Origin: Nitrososphaeria archaeon
GTDB lineage: Archaea; Thermoproteota; Nitrososphaeria; Nitrososphaerales; JAAOZN01
Direction of reading: 5' to 3'
Assembly: GCA_029775855.1 (NCBI GenBank)
Contig: JARVJZ010000001.1
Span: 1-64,000, forward strand
Length of the DNA stretch: 64,000 bases
The translations under genes and the position numbers were made by a program. Below the pieces are notes generated by a model. It did no database searches, was not told the DNA's origin, and was given only the letters and a program-made list of their open reading frames with translations. Positions 1 to 8,736 of this stretch are shown here, piece by piece (position 1 is the first letter of the stretch; each line of letters begins with the position of its first letter).

Positions 1-2
1 TT

Positions 3-293
3 TGGCGAGGCATTGGGTTCTGGTTTTCAGGTATGATGATGCCTGGGATGATGTGGAGTTGGTCTCCTTCTGCTCTCTACTATCTGGTATGGATTGCCGT
101 AGCCGCTTTGCTGCTCTGCTTAGGCGTGTTAGGAGTGTTATGGATGAATACAACAGATGTAGAAAAGGTTAGAGCTGGTGCGACTTTGGTGCTGGTAGCA
201 TCCATAATCGCATTCCCCACTATGTTCGGCTTCCTAATAGGTTCTCTACTCATGTTCATCGGAGGAGTTTTAGGCTTAACTTGGCGACCCTAA
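3..293 (+). CDS. Small multi-pass membrane protein (DUF6114-like), probably 5'-truncated by the window edge
   Basis: The frame is open from position 3. It has a Met-rich MMMPGMMW stretch, three hydrophobic helices and a GFLIGSLLMFIGGVLGL C-terminus. Confidence 0.6.
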   Translation, partial: WRGIGFWFSGMMMPGMMWSWSPSALYYLVWIAVAALLLCLGVLGVLWMNTTDVEKVRAGATLVLVASIIAFPTMFGFLIGSLLMFIGGVLGLTWRP

Positions 294-952
294 AAAGTAA
301 GCTGAGGAAATTGAATAATCTAACCGCTGTTATCTTACTATCCGTGATAGCCATAGTTGCATTTACCTCACTCATCTTGTTATCATATTCATCCATAACA
401 CAGGAGCCATATTCGAATATGATTCCAACGATGTGCATGGCTATAGGTAAGATAATAGGTTATCAAAGAAGCCCATCTACACCGCTTACACATAGGGAAG
501 CTGTGACAATCGCAGAAGCTTATCTAAAAACCCTAAATAATCCAGACCTCACCCTAGGTGAATTCGAAGAATATTCAAACAACTTCTATCTCTCAATTAT
601 AGAGAAGAGCAGCGGAAGAGGGGCCTTCGAATTAATAATCGACAGATACAGCGGTAGAATCCACCCTGAGCCTCAAAGCATGATGTGGAACGCCAAGTAC
701 GGTATGATGCATAGATCAAGCGCAGCCTCAGCTATAACTGAGGAGCAAGCTATTAAGATTGCTCAAGAATTCTTAAAAGTGAACTACCCAGCTACGGAAG
801 TAGGTGAAGTAGTAGCCTACTATGGATACTACACTATAATGGTTACCCTAAATGGTGAACATTATGGAATGTTAAGTGTAAACGGCTACTCTGGCGCAGT
901 TTGGTATCATTCTTGGCACGGTACATTCATATCAGAAGTCGAAACCCATTAA
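281..952 (+). CDS. Membrane-anchored hypothetical protein with two PepSY-like repeats, Met/His-rich
   Basis: N-terminal TM helix; two 'T..EA..IA..Y/FL' repeats; MMWNAKYGMMH and WYHSWHG motifs. Confidence 0.6.
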   Translation: MATLKSKLRKLNNLTAVILLSVIAIVAFTSLILLSYSSITQEPYSNMIPTMCMAIGKIIGYQRSPSTPLTHREAVTIAEAYLKTLNNPDLTLGEFEEYSNNFYLSIIEKSSGRGAFELIIDRYSGRIHPEPQSMMWNAKYGMMHRSSAASAITEEQAIKIAQEFLKVNYPATEVGEVVAYYGYYTIMVTLNGEHYGMLSVNGYSGAVWYHSWHGTFISEVETH

Positions 953-953
953 C

Positions 954-980
954 TATATTCATCAATATAGTATGAATATA
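954..980. promoter_or_regulatory. Overlapping palindromes upstream of pstS (candidate operator)
   Basis: TATATTCAT-N9-ATGAATATA (954-980) overlaps ACTATATT-N4-AATATAGT (952-971). A further palindrome, CTATATATAG, lies at 1015-1024. Confidence 0.35.
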
Positions 981-1053
981 TCTTGCTGCTCTCAACATAT
1001 TTCACTTGCGTTTTCTATATATAGTTGAACCAAGGCAGCTTACTCGAAGGCCT

Positions 1054-2217
1054 ATGGCGGCAAATAAGGCAATGTATGCAAGTGTAGTAATCATTATCTT
1101 AGCATTAGCGGTTGTATACTTAGCGTTCCTGCAGATGGGGCAGCAAACAGAAACGCAGACCGTTACCGTAACTCAGAAGGTTAGTGCAACAACTCAACCT
1201 ACCACAACCTCTGCACCTACTATTTCATTAAATGGGGCTGGTGCTACTTTTCCTTACCCGCTCATATCAACGATGGTCGTTGAATATAATAAAATCAAAC
1301 CTAATGTAAAGATAAGCTACCAATCTATAGGCAGCGGCGGGGGCATAAGGCAGCACACAGAGAAGACTGTAGATTTCGGGGCTTCAGATTCTCCTCTCAA
1401 CGAGAAGCAGAGAGAAGCAGCACCAAATACTCTCCACATTCCAATAACGATTGGCTCAGTTGTTCTAGCCTACAATCTACCTGGCTTTACAAAAGGATTA
1501 AAGATGACTGGTGAAGTGGTAGCAGACATATTTCTAGGAAAAATAACTAAGTGGAATGATCCAGCAATCCAGAGCCTTAACCCAGATCTAAACCTACCAA
1601 ACAAGGACATACTTGTTGCGCATCGATCAGACGGCTCAGGAACTACATTTGTCTGGACTGGGTATTTGAGCATCGTCAGTCCAGAGTGGAAGAGTAAGGT
1701 GGGGCAAGGAACGGCGGTGCAGTGGCCGGTAGGGTTAGGTGCTGCTGGAAACGAAGGCGTCGCAGCTGTCATCCGCGGAACTGAATACACCGTTGGGTAT
1801 GTTGAGTTGGCTTATGCGCTTCAGAACAAGATGAGCTATGCGTATTTACAGAATAAGGAGGGGAGGTTTATCGAGCCTACTTTAAGCACTTCAGCAGCGG
1901 CTGCAGCAGCATCAGCAACAATCCTACCACGAGGAGATGAGAGCTGGAGTAGCGTAAGTCTATTGAACGCTCCCGGAGCCAACTCATATCCAGTCACGAG
2001 TTTCAGCTACATATTACTCTACAAAGATCTTTCAACCCTACCAACGATGAATAAGGATAAGGCTCAAGCACTTATTGACTTCCTATGGTGGGCTATCCAC
2101 GATGGGCAGAAGTACGCACCAGACCTACAGTATGTTCCCCTACCGCAAGAGGTAGTAGCCGTCAATGAAGCAACACTAAGAATGGTCACATTCGAGGGGC
2201 AGCCTCTGATAAGGTAG
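1054..2217 (+). CDS. pstS: Phosphate ABC transporter substrate-binding protein PstS
   Basis: GAGATFPYP, YQSIGSGGG, DFGASD, HRSDGSGTT and GYVELAYA motifs; N-terminal TM and Thr-rich linker. ATG 1054 preferred over the ORF's TTG 1006. Confidence 0.95.
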   Translation: MAANKAMYASVVIIILALAVVYLAFLQMGQQTETQTVTVTQKVSATTQPTTTSAPTISLNGAGATFPYPLISTMVVEYNKIKPNVKISYQSIGSGGGIRQHTEKTVDFGASDSPLNEKQREAAPNTLHIPITIGSVVLAYNLPGFTKGLKMTGEVVADIFLGKITKWNDPAIQSLNPDLNLPNKDILVAHRSDGSGTTFVWTGYLSIVSPEWKSKVGQGTAVQWPVGLGAAGNEGVAAVIRGTEYTVGYVELAYALQNKMSYAYLQNKEGRFIEPTLSTSAAAAAASATILPRGDESWSSVSLLNAPGANSYPVTSFSYILLYKDLSTLPTMNKDKAQALIDFLWWAIHDGQKYAPDLQYVPLPQEVVAVNEATLRMVTFEGQPLIR

Positions 2218-2247
2218 AGGCTCAATCTACTTTTTATGTGATAGAGA

Positions 2248-2646
2248 TTGAAGAAGATTCTGTTTGTCTGCGTTGAAAACGCTGGAAGAAGCCAGATGGC
2301 AGAAGCCTTCGCTAAGAAGTATGGTGGAGATGAATTTGAAGTCTATAGCGCTGGAACTATGCCAAAAAGTCAAGTGCACCCTGAGGTTATTGAGGTGATG
2401 AAGGAGAAAGGCTTTGATCTATTAAATAAAAAGCCTAAGATGCTTGATCAAAAGATGTTGGCTGAAGCTGATGTAGTGATAACCATGGGGTGCACCTCTG
2501 AAGAATTATGTCCGGCGCCTCTTGTAAAAAATGTTGAGGATTGGAGGATTGAAGACCCTAAAGGTAAGCCGTTAGAGAGGGTTAGAGCAATCAGAGACCA
2601 GATAGAGGAGAAAGTTTTAGAGCTATTAAACCGCCTAAAGAGCTAG
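2248..2646 (+). CDS. arsC: Arsenate reductase (LMW-PTP fold, thioredoxin-dependent type)
   Basis: P-loop CVENAGRSQMAE, TMGC...CP redox cysteines, W.IEDPKG. Confidence 0.88.
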   Translation: MKKILFVCVENAGRSQMAEAFAKKYGGDEFEVYSAGTMPKSQVHPEVIEVMKEKGFDLLNKKPKMLDQKMLAEADVVITMGCTSEELCPAPLVKNVEDWRIEDPKGKPLERVRAIRDQIEEKVLELLNRLKS

Positions 2647-2668
2647 ATAAAATCTGCTAAACTATTTG

Positions 2669-3022
2669 TTATAGTGATGTCTCGGCAACCCGCATGCAGT
2701 ACAGCGTGTATGCATCCTCCTTATTCAAGCAATTTTTGCAGAGGCAGTTTTGCGACACAAGAAGCCTATCACATATATTTGAATACTCGCAAGATGTGCA
2801 GCCAGCGTCAGAACCGCAGATAAAACACTTTACCGTATAGATTATAGGCTCTTTAAGCACCTCTGAAAGCAATGTGGAAAGTTGATAGAGATCTGTTTGT
2901 GTGGTTGTTCTGAAGACGCGTTTCTGCCTATCATATTCAAGTCTAACATCCCGCATGAGCCTTCTGAAGACATCTTCTCCTAACCTAGGTAAGCGAAATG
3001 GTTCACCTAAAAGAATCTCCAA
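2669..3022 (-). CDS. Hypothetical protein with Cys-rich (zinc-finger-like) C-terminus
   Basis: CFIC, CTSC, C and CLCKNC motifs; co-oriented downstream of rfcL. Confidence 0.65.
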   Translation of the reverse strand: MEILLGEPFRLPRLGEDVFRRLMRDVRLEYDRQKRVFRTTTQTDLYQLSTLLSEVLKEPIIYTVKCFICGSDAGCTSCEYSNICDRLLVSQNCLCKNCLNKEDAYTLYCMRVAETSL

Positions 3023-3041
3023 TCTGCAACTACACCTCTTC

Positions 3042-4244
3042 TTATTTGCTAAACCTAGCTACCTCTTTATTCAAGACTCTTAACTCCGATTCATCAGCAG
3101 TAAACTCCCTAAGTATACGCTGAGTTTCATCTTTTCCTAGACGACTCAACAGGTATGCTAAGTAGGGTAAGTGGACAATCAAAGCCTCTCTAGAAGAGGT
3201 ATGCAGCATACTACCAAGTTTACGACCTATAGAGCGTAGCACGCGCGCATCATTCCATATTCTTAACTGAATACTCCAAGGGTATGCATCTTGGCTGAAT
3301 TGGACAACCCCTCTAGGTGTTGCATCAAAGATCATGTGTGAAAGCATAGCGTTAAAGTATCTTAGCTGCCTCCACTCCTGCGTCCTTTTAATCCTACTTA
3401 CCAGCTCGTCAGCGGCAGATAAGGCTAGAAGGCTCCTCAATAGCACAGACGATTCAACCTTACTCTGAACTAGGCTGGAGTAGATCGCATGAATCTTCTC
3501 TAAAATGTCAGCGTCACAAGCCTCTAAAGCCGATTTAGCTTCCTCTCTATCACTTGAATTGAAGAGCGTGTTTAACGCATCTCTCAAACTAACCCTCTTG
3601 TCGCGTGCAACTTCCAACACTTCACTACTTGGTGATGCTAACACTGCTTGCAGACTGTTAAGAGCAGCTCTTATATCTCCTCCAGAATGCTCTACTATCT
3701 TATTTATCGACTCTATAGTGATGTTAAGCTGCTCCCTTTCTATTAGGCTTTTAAGGTAGAGGTGAATCAATCGAGGAGGGACTCTTTTGAAGGCGAACAC
3801 TTCACACTTAGGTAAGAGTTTTCTAACCTTCTCATCATCCTCCAAATTAGCAGCTAACACAACAGGCAGATTACTCTTCTCGATGAAGCCTTGGATAAAC
3901 TCTAAACCACCATAGTCCTGCCTAGCATAGAGCCCATCAACCTCATCCAAAAAAACTAGAAGCTTTTCACCCAGCACACTTAAACTGTGTGTAGATGGGG
4001 TTAAAGATGATGATAGCCTCTCTTTAGTCCTCGTGTCACTAGCATTAAACTCAAGGACAACATATCCAAGGCTTTCAGCAGCAGCATAAACCAGAGTCGT
4101 CTTTCCTATGCCTGGAGGACCTATTAGTAGGGCTGGTTTAGCACCTTTTCTCCATCTTCTAAGCCAATTAATGAACCCTATTCTGCTTTCTTCGTTGCCC
4201 ACCATCATAGATGGGTTCTTAGGTCTAAACTTCTCAGTATACAT
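3042..4244 (-). CDS. rfcL: Replication factor C large subunit
   Basis: EKFRP, Walker A GPPGIGKT, EFNASD, DEVDG, GDIRAALN. Confidence 0.9.
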   Translation of the reverse strand: MYTEKFRPKNPSMMVGNEESRIGFINWLRRWRKGAKPALLIGPPGIGKTTLVYAAAESLGYVVLEFNASDTRTKERLSSSLTPSTHSLSVLGEKLLVFLDEVDGLYARQDYGGLEFIQGFIEKSNLPVVLAANLEDDEKVRKLLPKCEVFAFKRVPPRLIHLYLKSLIEREQLNITIESINKIVEHSGGDIRAALNSLQAVLASPSSEVLEVARDKRVSLRDALNTLFNSSDREEAKSALEACDADILEKIHAIYSSLVQSKVESSVLLRSLLALSAADELVSRIKRTQEWRQLRYFNAMLSHMIFDATPRGVVQFSQDAYPWSIQLRIWNDARVLRSIGRKLGSMLHTSSREALIVHLPYLAYLLSRLGKDETQRILREFTADESELRVLNKEVARFSK

Positions 4245-4250
4245 CTATTA

Positions 4251-5099
4251 TCACCATCGGAAATAACCTCCTACCATAAATGCTAATAGCCCAAGAAGCA
4301 TACCTAGTAGCGCAGCGCGTTTAACTCTATACGCGTTTTCCGAGGAGGAATCTCTTGAAACCTTTGCTGCTAACGCTATGAAGATGCCTATGGGTGCTGA
4401 AACCAACACACCATATACCACTCCTACAATTTGCAAAGCAAGTGGTATTAAGCTAACACATACAGCTAGTATAAAGAAGAGCGCTCCTATTTTCGCTGCG
4501 GTCTTAGCACCCCATATTCTTGCAACAGACCTTATATCTCTTAATTCATCGCCTTCAACGTCACATATTGCCTTTACGACTTCCCGCCCTAAACCAGCTA
4601 GAAAAGATGTTAACGCTAAAAAGTAGACTAAAGGCTCCTGTTGAGCGCCTATAGCTACTGCACCATAGATGTATGGTATTGCTACTGATGCGGAAACTAA
4701 ACTGTTTCCGAGCAACCCATACTTCTTCACCTTATAATTATAGAGCCAAGCGATTAAAGCAAAAGCTGCAGCAATAAAAAAGGTTAACCAACCTAAGATT
4801 GCTGCTGAAATGAGTCCAAGTATAAGAAGTATTGCGGCGAAGGCTTCAGCCTCTTTGATAGATACTGCTCCGCTTGCTAAAGGTCTTTTAGGGTTATTCA
4901 CTCTATCCACCTCAATATCGTATCTATCGTTTATTATCATAGAGTAGCTGGATATGAAGAAGCCCGTTAGGAATCCTAACCCAGCAGCTGAATAACTTAT
5001 TTTGGAGAAGTTTGAGACTGTCATCCCTACTATAACAGCGAAGCCTACCATAGTTGAGTTTATGGGGCGTATCAGCGGTAGTAATCTTGTTAAAGTCAA
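4251..5099 (-). CDS. Digeranylgeranylglyceryl phosphate synthase (UbiA prenyltransferase family)
   Basis: IRP.N, NDRYDIEVDRVNNPKRPLASG and REVVKAICDVEGD motifs; multi-TM. Confidence 0.88.
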   Translation of the reverse strand: MTLTRLLPLIRPINSTMVGFAVIVGMTVSNFSKISYSAAGLGFLTGFFISSYSMIINDRYDIEVDRVNNPKRPLASGAVSIKEAEAFAAILLILGLISAAILGWLTFFIAAAFALIAWLYNYKVKKYGLLGNSLVSASVAIPYIYGAVAIGAQQEPLVYFLALTSFLAGLGREVVKAICDVEGDELRDIRSVARIWGAKTAAKIGALFFILAVCVSLIPLALQIVGVVYGVLVSAPIGIFIALAAKVSRDSSSENAYRVKRAALLGMLLGLLAFMVGGYFRW

Positions 5100-5638
5100 G
5101 GTTTCCTAAACCTCATCTTATCAACTTTGTAGTAGATAACTTCTCCTCTTCGCTCTATTACCGCTATGATAGGCTCTTTACCCATCTCCAATATCTTATT
5201 TATAGAGTCAGAGAAGTCCTTTATCCTCTTCTTACTCCCTTCGTTTAAGCTGAATACAAGGTATTTAGCTGGCTTAGATGGGAATTCCCCACGCTCATAT
5301 ACTCTGAAGTCAACACCAAAGCCAAATCCATCTTTAACGGTGTAGCCTCTACTTCTTAGGTCGCGATACACTATGAATCGCGTCCAAGCATCACTGTCCT
5401 TCTTTAGAGCATGGTCTACCATCTCATTAAATGTAACACTTCTACCTCTGTGCACAACATTTAACTTCTTGATATACATCAGATATAATGCCTCAAAGTC
5501 TTTCAGAATCAGCCTACCATCTTCTTTAATACCAAAGCCTTTTGCTTCAAGCTGTGCGACTGCCTCAGAGTCATTTACCTCTACACCCTTCTTAGTAAGC
5601 TTAGCAGTTATCTCCTTCTCTAACTCTTCAGACATCAT
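5096..5638 (-). CDS. endA: tRNA splicing endonuclease subunit, probably the non-catalytic (structural) subunit
   Basis: VYRDLRSRGY.VKDGFGFGVDFRVYERG motif; no His where the catalytic His is expected (PSKPAKYLV). Confidence 0.85.
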   Translation of the reverse strand: MMSEELEKEITAKLTKKGVEVNDSEAVAQLEAKGFGIKEDGRLILKDFEALYLMYIKKLNVVHRGRSVTFNEMVDHALKKDSDAWTRFIVYRDLRSRGYTVKDGFGFGVDFRVYERGEFPSKPAKYLVFSLNEGSKKRIKDFSDSINKILEMGKEPIIAVIERRGEVIYYKVDKMRFRKP

Positions 5639-5731
5639 CCATCCATCTCCAGAACCTGCACTTAAGGAGTTTCCCCTTCTTCTATTATCAAATCAATAAG
5701 AAGATATATCTTAATTACCCTTCTACTTAAT

Positions 5732-6790
5732 ATGGATCTTAAGTTGCTCAGCTTCTATACCGCAAGAACCATAAGATGGGAGGATGGAAAGGTCATCTTA
5801 ATAGATCAGACAAAACTGCCCAACAAGCTAACTTACATCACCTGCACAAAACCAAAAGAGGTTGTAGAAGCAATAAAAAGGATGCAGATCAGAGGCGCAC
5901 CAGCCATAGGTGCAGCAGCAGCCTACACAGTAGCCCTAGCAGCATACCATACAAAAGCCAACAACCTACCAGACCTACTTAAAGAAATAGAAGAAGCGGG
6001 TAAAATGGCTAAAAACGCTAGACCAACAGCTGCAAACCCAGCGTGGGCTGTTGAAAGGACACTGTCTGCAGCGAAAAAAGCAACGAGTGTTGAAGAAGCG
6101 GTTAAATTAGTTGTCAAAGAAGCTGAAACTATAGCTGAAGAAGACATCGAAGCTTGCAGGAAGATAGGGAAATATGGCGAAACGCTACTGAAAGACGGAG
6201 ACACAGTGCTAACACAGTGTAATGCTGGTGCGCTTGCGACAGTAGGCTATGGCACAGCCTTGGGTGTGATAAGGGCTGCTTGTGAGAAGGGCAAGTGCAT
6301 TAAGGTTATAGTGCCTGAAACTAGACCAGCGCTCCAAGGGGCTCGGCTAACAGCATATGAGCTTCATAACGATGGTATAGATGTTATGTTGATAGCTGAC
6401 ACAGCGGTAGGCTTCGTGATGAGGAAAAAACTTGTGGATAAAGTGGTTGTAGGTGCAGATAGGATAACAAGTGATGGACATATCTTTAACAAGATAGGCA
6501 CATATCAACTAGCAGTTTTGGCTTCTGAGCACAGCATACCCTTCTACGCAGCAGCACCAACATCAAGCTTCGACCTAAAGAGCAAGGCTGAAGATGTTGT
6601 GATAGAGGAGAGAAGCCCAGACGAAATCGTCAAGATTAAAGGGCAGAGAGTAGCGCCTAAAGGTGTTAGAGTCTACAACCCAGTCTTCGACCAAACCCCA
6701 CCAAACCTCATATCAGCAATCATAACCGAAAGGGGAATCATAAAACCACCATATGAAAGAACAATAAAACACACACTAACAAAACCATAG
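5732..6790 (+). CDS. mtnA: S-methyl-5-thioribose-1-phosphate isomerase (eIF2B-like family)
   Basis: IDQTKLP, IRGAPAIG, ARPTA, LTQCNAGALAT, ETRPALQGARLT, NKIGTY. Confidence 0.9.
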   Translation: MDLKLLSFYTARTIRWEDGKVILIDQTKLPNKLTYITCTKPKEVVEAIKRMQIRGAPAIGAAAAYTVALAAYHTKANNLPDLLKEIEEAGKMAKNARPTAANPAWAVERTLSAAKKATSVEEAVKLVVKEAETIAEEDIEACRKIGKYGETLLKDGDTVLTQCNAGALATVGYGTALGVIRAACEKGKCIKVIVPETRPALQGARLTAYELHNDGIDVMLIADTAVGFVMRKKLVDKVVVGADRITSDGHIFNKIGTYQLAVLASEHSIPFYAAAPTSSFDLKSKAEDVVIEERSPDEIVKIKGQRVAPKGVRVYNPVFDQTPPNLISAIITERGIIKPPYERTIKHTLTKP

Positions 6791-6812
6791 TTCGCTAAAG
6801 TAGCGTTGAGTA

Positions 6813-7907
6813 TCAAGACTCTCTCCGCCTTAGTAGTAAAAATAGCAGCATAGGTCCTCCAAGAATCGCTGTCACCGCACCTACCGGTAGCATAATAGGC
6901 GCCATTATTCTTCTAGCTACTATGTCTGCTGCGAGGAGAAGGTTTGCACCGAAGAGCCCAGATGCTGGTATAAGATAGCGTTCATCTCGACCTATCATGA
7001 TGCGACAAATATGTGACGAAAGAAGACCAATAAAACCAATCGCGCCAGTGAAGCTTACAACAGTTGCCGTAGTTAGACAAGCTGTTAATAGCACAATTCG
7101 CCTAACCTTATTAGCTTCCACACCAAGCGCCTTTGCCGCTACGTCACCAATACGCATAACATTCAAGTCCCAAGCTAAACGCATATTGACTAAAAACAAG
7201 AATACAAGTATACCTAAGACATAAGGAATCTGCCACCAATCTGCGCGTGCGAGGTCCCCTACAAGCCAGAAGACGGTCGCTCTTACTGCTTCAGATTCGG
7301 CGAAAAATTGTAGAAGTGTATTAGCTGCGCTGAAGATGTAATTCATCGCAACACCAGTAAGTATAATCGTCTCAGAAGATACCCAAGATTTTTTTGAAAA
7401 TAAAAGTATTACTAAGGCTGGAATGAGAGACAGCACAAAAGCGTTACTAATTATCAGTAATCCACCTTCAATTATTCCGCGACCAAGAATTATTGCGATA
7501 GCAGCCCCAAATCCAGCCGCTGATGAAACACCTAGAGTGTAAGGAGTTGCTAAAGAATTTCGAAGAACTGTTATTACTGTGCTCCCAGAAATCGCTAAAA
7601 CAGCTCCAGATAAAGCTGCCATAACTGTACGTGGCATTCGAAGATATATTACCACCCTTTCTGCGATCTCATTTACTTCGAAGGCTCCTGCACCGAGTTT
7701 ATTGAAGATCACTAAGTAGGCTTCTGTTAAAGAGATTTGAGCTGAACCGAGCGATAATGATAACCCAATCAGAAAGAACAATGATATCGCACAAAAAGCT
7801 AAAAATAGTAATCTTTTAGCAATAAGCCTCTCATATTGACTTCGCTCATAAAATGATACATAGACTCTATTAGATTTGCCCTCGATATCTACGTTTTTTC
7901 CCACCAA
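6813..7907 (-). CDS. FecCD/BtuC-family metal-chelate ABC transporter permease
   Basis: LRMPR, LRNSLATPYTLGVSSAA, GDVAAKALGV, GAIGFIGL, LPVGAVTA. Confidence 0.92.
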   Translation of the reverse strand: MVGKNVDIEGKSNRVYVSFYERSQYERLIAKRLLFLAFCAISLFFLIGLSLSLGSAQISLTEAYLVIFNKLGAGAFEVNEIAERVVIYLRMPRTVMAALSGAVLAISGSTVITVLRNSLATPYTLGVSSAAGFGAAIAIILGRGIIEGGLLIISNAFVLSLIPALVILLFSKKSWVSSETIILTGVAMNYIFSAANTLLQFFAESEAVRATVFWLVGDLARADWWQIPYVLGILVFLFLVNMRLAWDLNVMRIGDVAAKALGVEANKVRRIVLLTACLTTATVVSFTGAIGFIGLLSSHICRIMIGRDERYLIPASGLFGANLLLAADIVARRIMAPIMLPVGAVTAILGGPMLLFLLLRRRES

Positions 7908-8683
7908 ATAGTCGCCACCTTTTTGTTGCGGATATAGTATACACTATCATCTTTTGAATCGACGTGTTGGTTGATGTAGTTCTCTAGTTCCTCTTCTTTA
8001 GATTCTGGGATGTTGTACATATTCATTAACTCAGACCTTAACTCCTCTAAGTTATTGAATCCTTGCTCTACCTTGTAGTTTATGATGCTTATGTTAGCTT
8101 TGATCCCCATCCCATCGAGAAGATTATAGATAATTATGTGGTCACTTAGATTGAAAGGTGCCTTGTTATCAAAGACAATCCTCTGCAGCTCAAAGGGCAT
8201 CCAGCTCTCAGCGGGAACAAACAAGTAAACAAAACTCTTCGCAGCAGCATCCATCTTCAGAAGTGCGTCTCTTATATCAATCATAAGAAGAGAGAGGGAG
8301 GCGATAACTATATCATGCCTATCAATATCAGCTCCTATCTCAACATCCTCCCACCTTTTACATATGAATGAAACATTATCAAGCCCGTGTTTTTTTAAGT
8401 TAACTTTAAGTAATTTAAGCATCTCTTTTGATGGTTCGATTACAGTAACTCGCTCAGCCACTTTAGCTAGGGGTATAGTAAGTCTACCGGTGCCAGAACC
8501 TATCTCAAGCACTTTGCATCCAAAGTCTACATCGATTCTTTCCAGCTGCTTCTTGGTAAGCTCAGATAGTATCTTCCAGTTTCCGTTGTCTCTAGCAGCC
8601 CTACTATCCCAGAAAGATACATCTTTGACTCGATTTAATCCTTGCATATAGCGCTTCCAAGTTTCCGCCCAATCGATATCCAT
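7889..8683 (-). CDS. Class I SAM-dependent methyltransferase embedded in the ABC operon
   Basis: VLEIGSGTG motif I, VIEPSKEML, RWED, HDIVIAS. Confidence 0.88.
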   Translation of the reverse strand: MDIDWAETWKRYMQGLNRVKDVSFWDSRAARDNGNWKILSELTKKQLERIDVDFGCKVLEIGSGTGRLTIPLAKVAERVTVIEPSKEMLKLLKVNLKKHGLDNVSFICKRWEDVEIGADIDRHDIVIASLSLLMIDIRDALLKMDAAAKSFVYLFVPAESWMPFELQRIVFDNKAPFNLSDHIIIYNLLDGMGIKANISIINYKVEQGFNNLEELRSELMNMYNIPESKEEELENYINQHVDSKDDSVYYIRNKKVATIWWEKT

Positions 8684-8736
8684 CTTGTCTCCACTATAAG
8701 TTGATTAGGAGTCTCAAAAACAAGAAAAGAATATGT

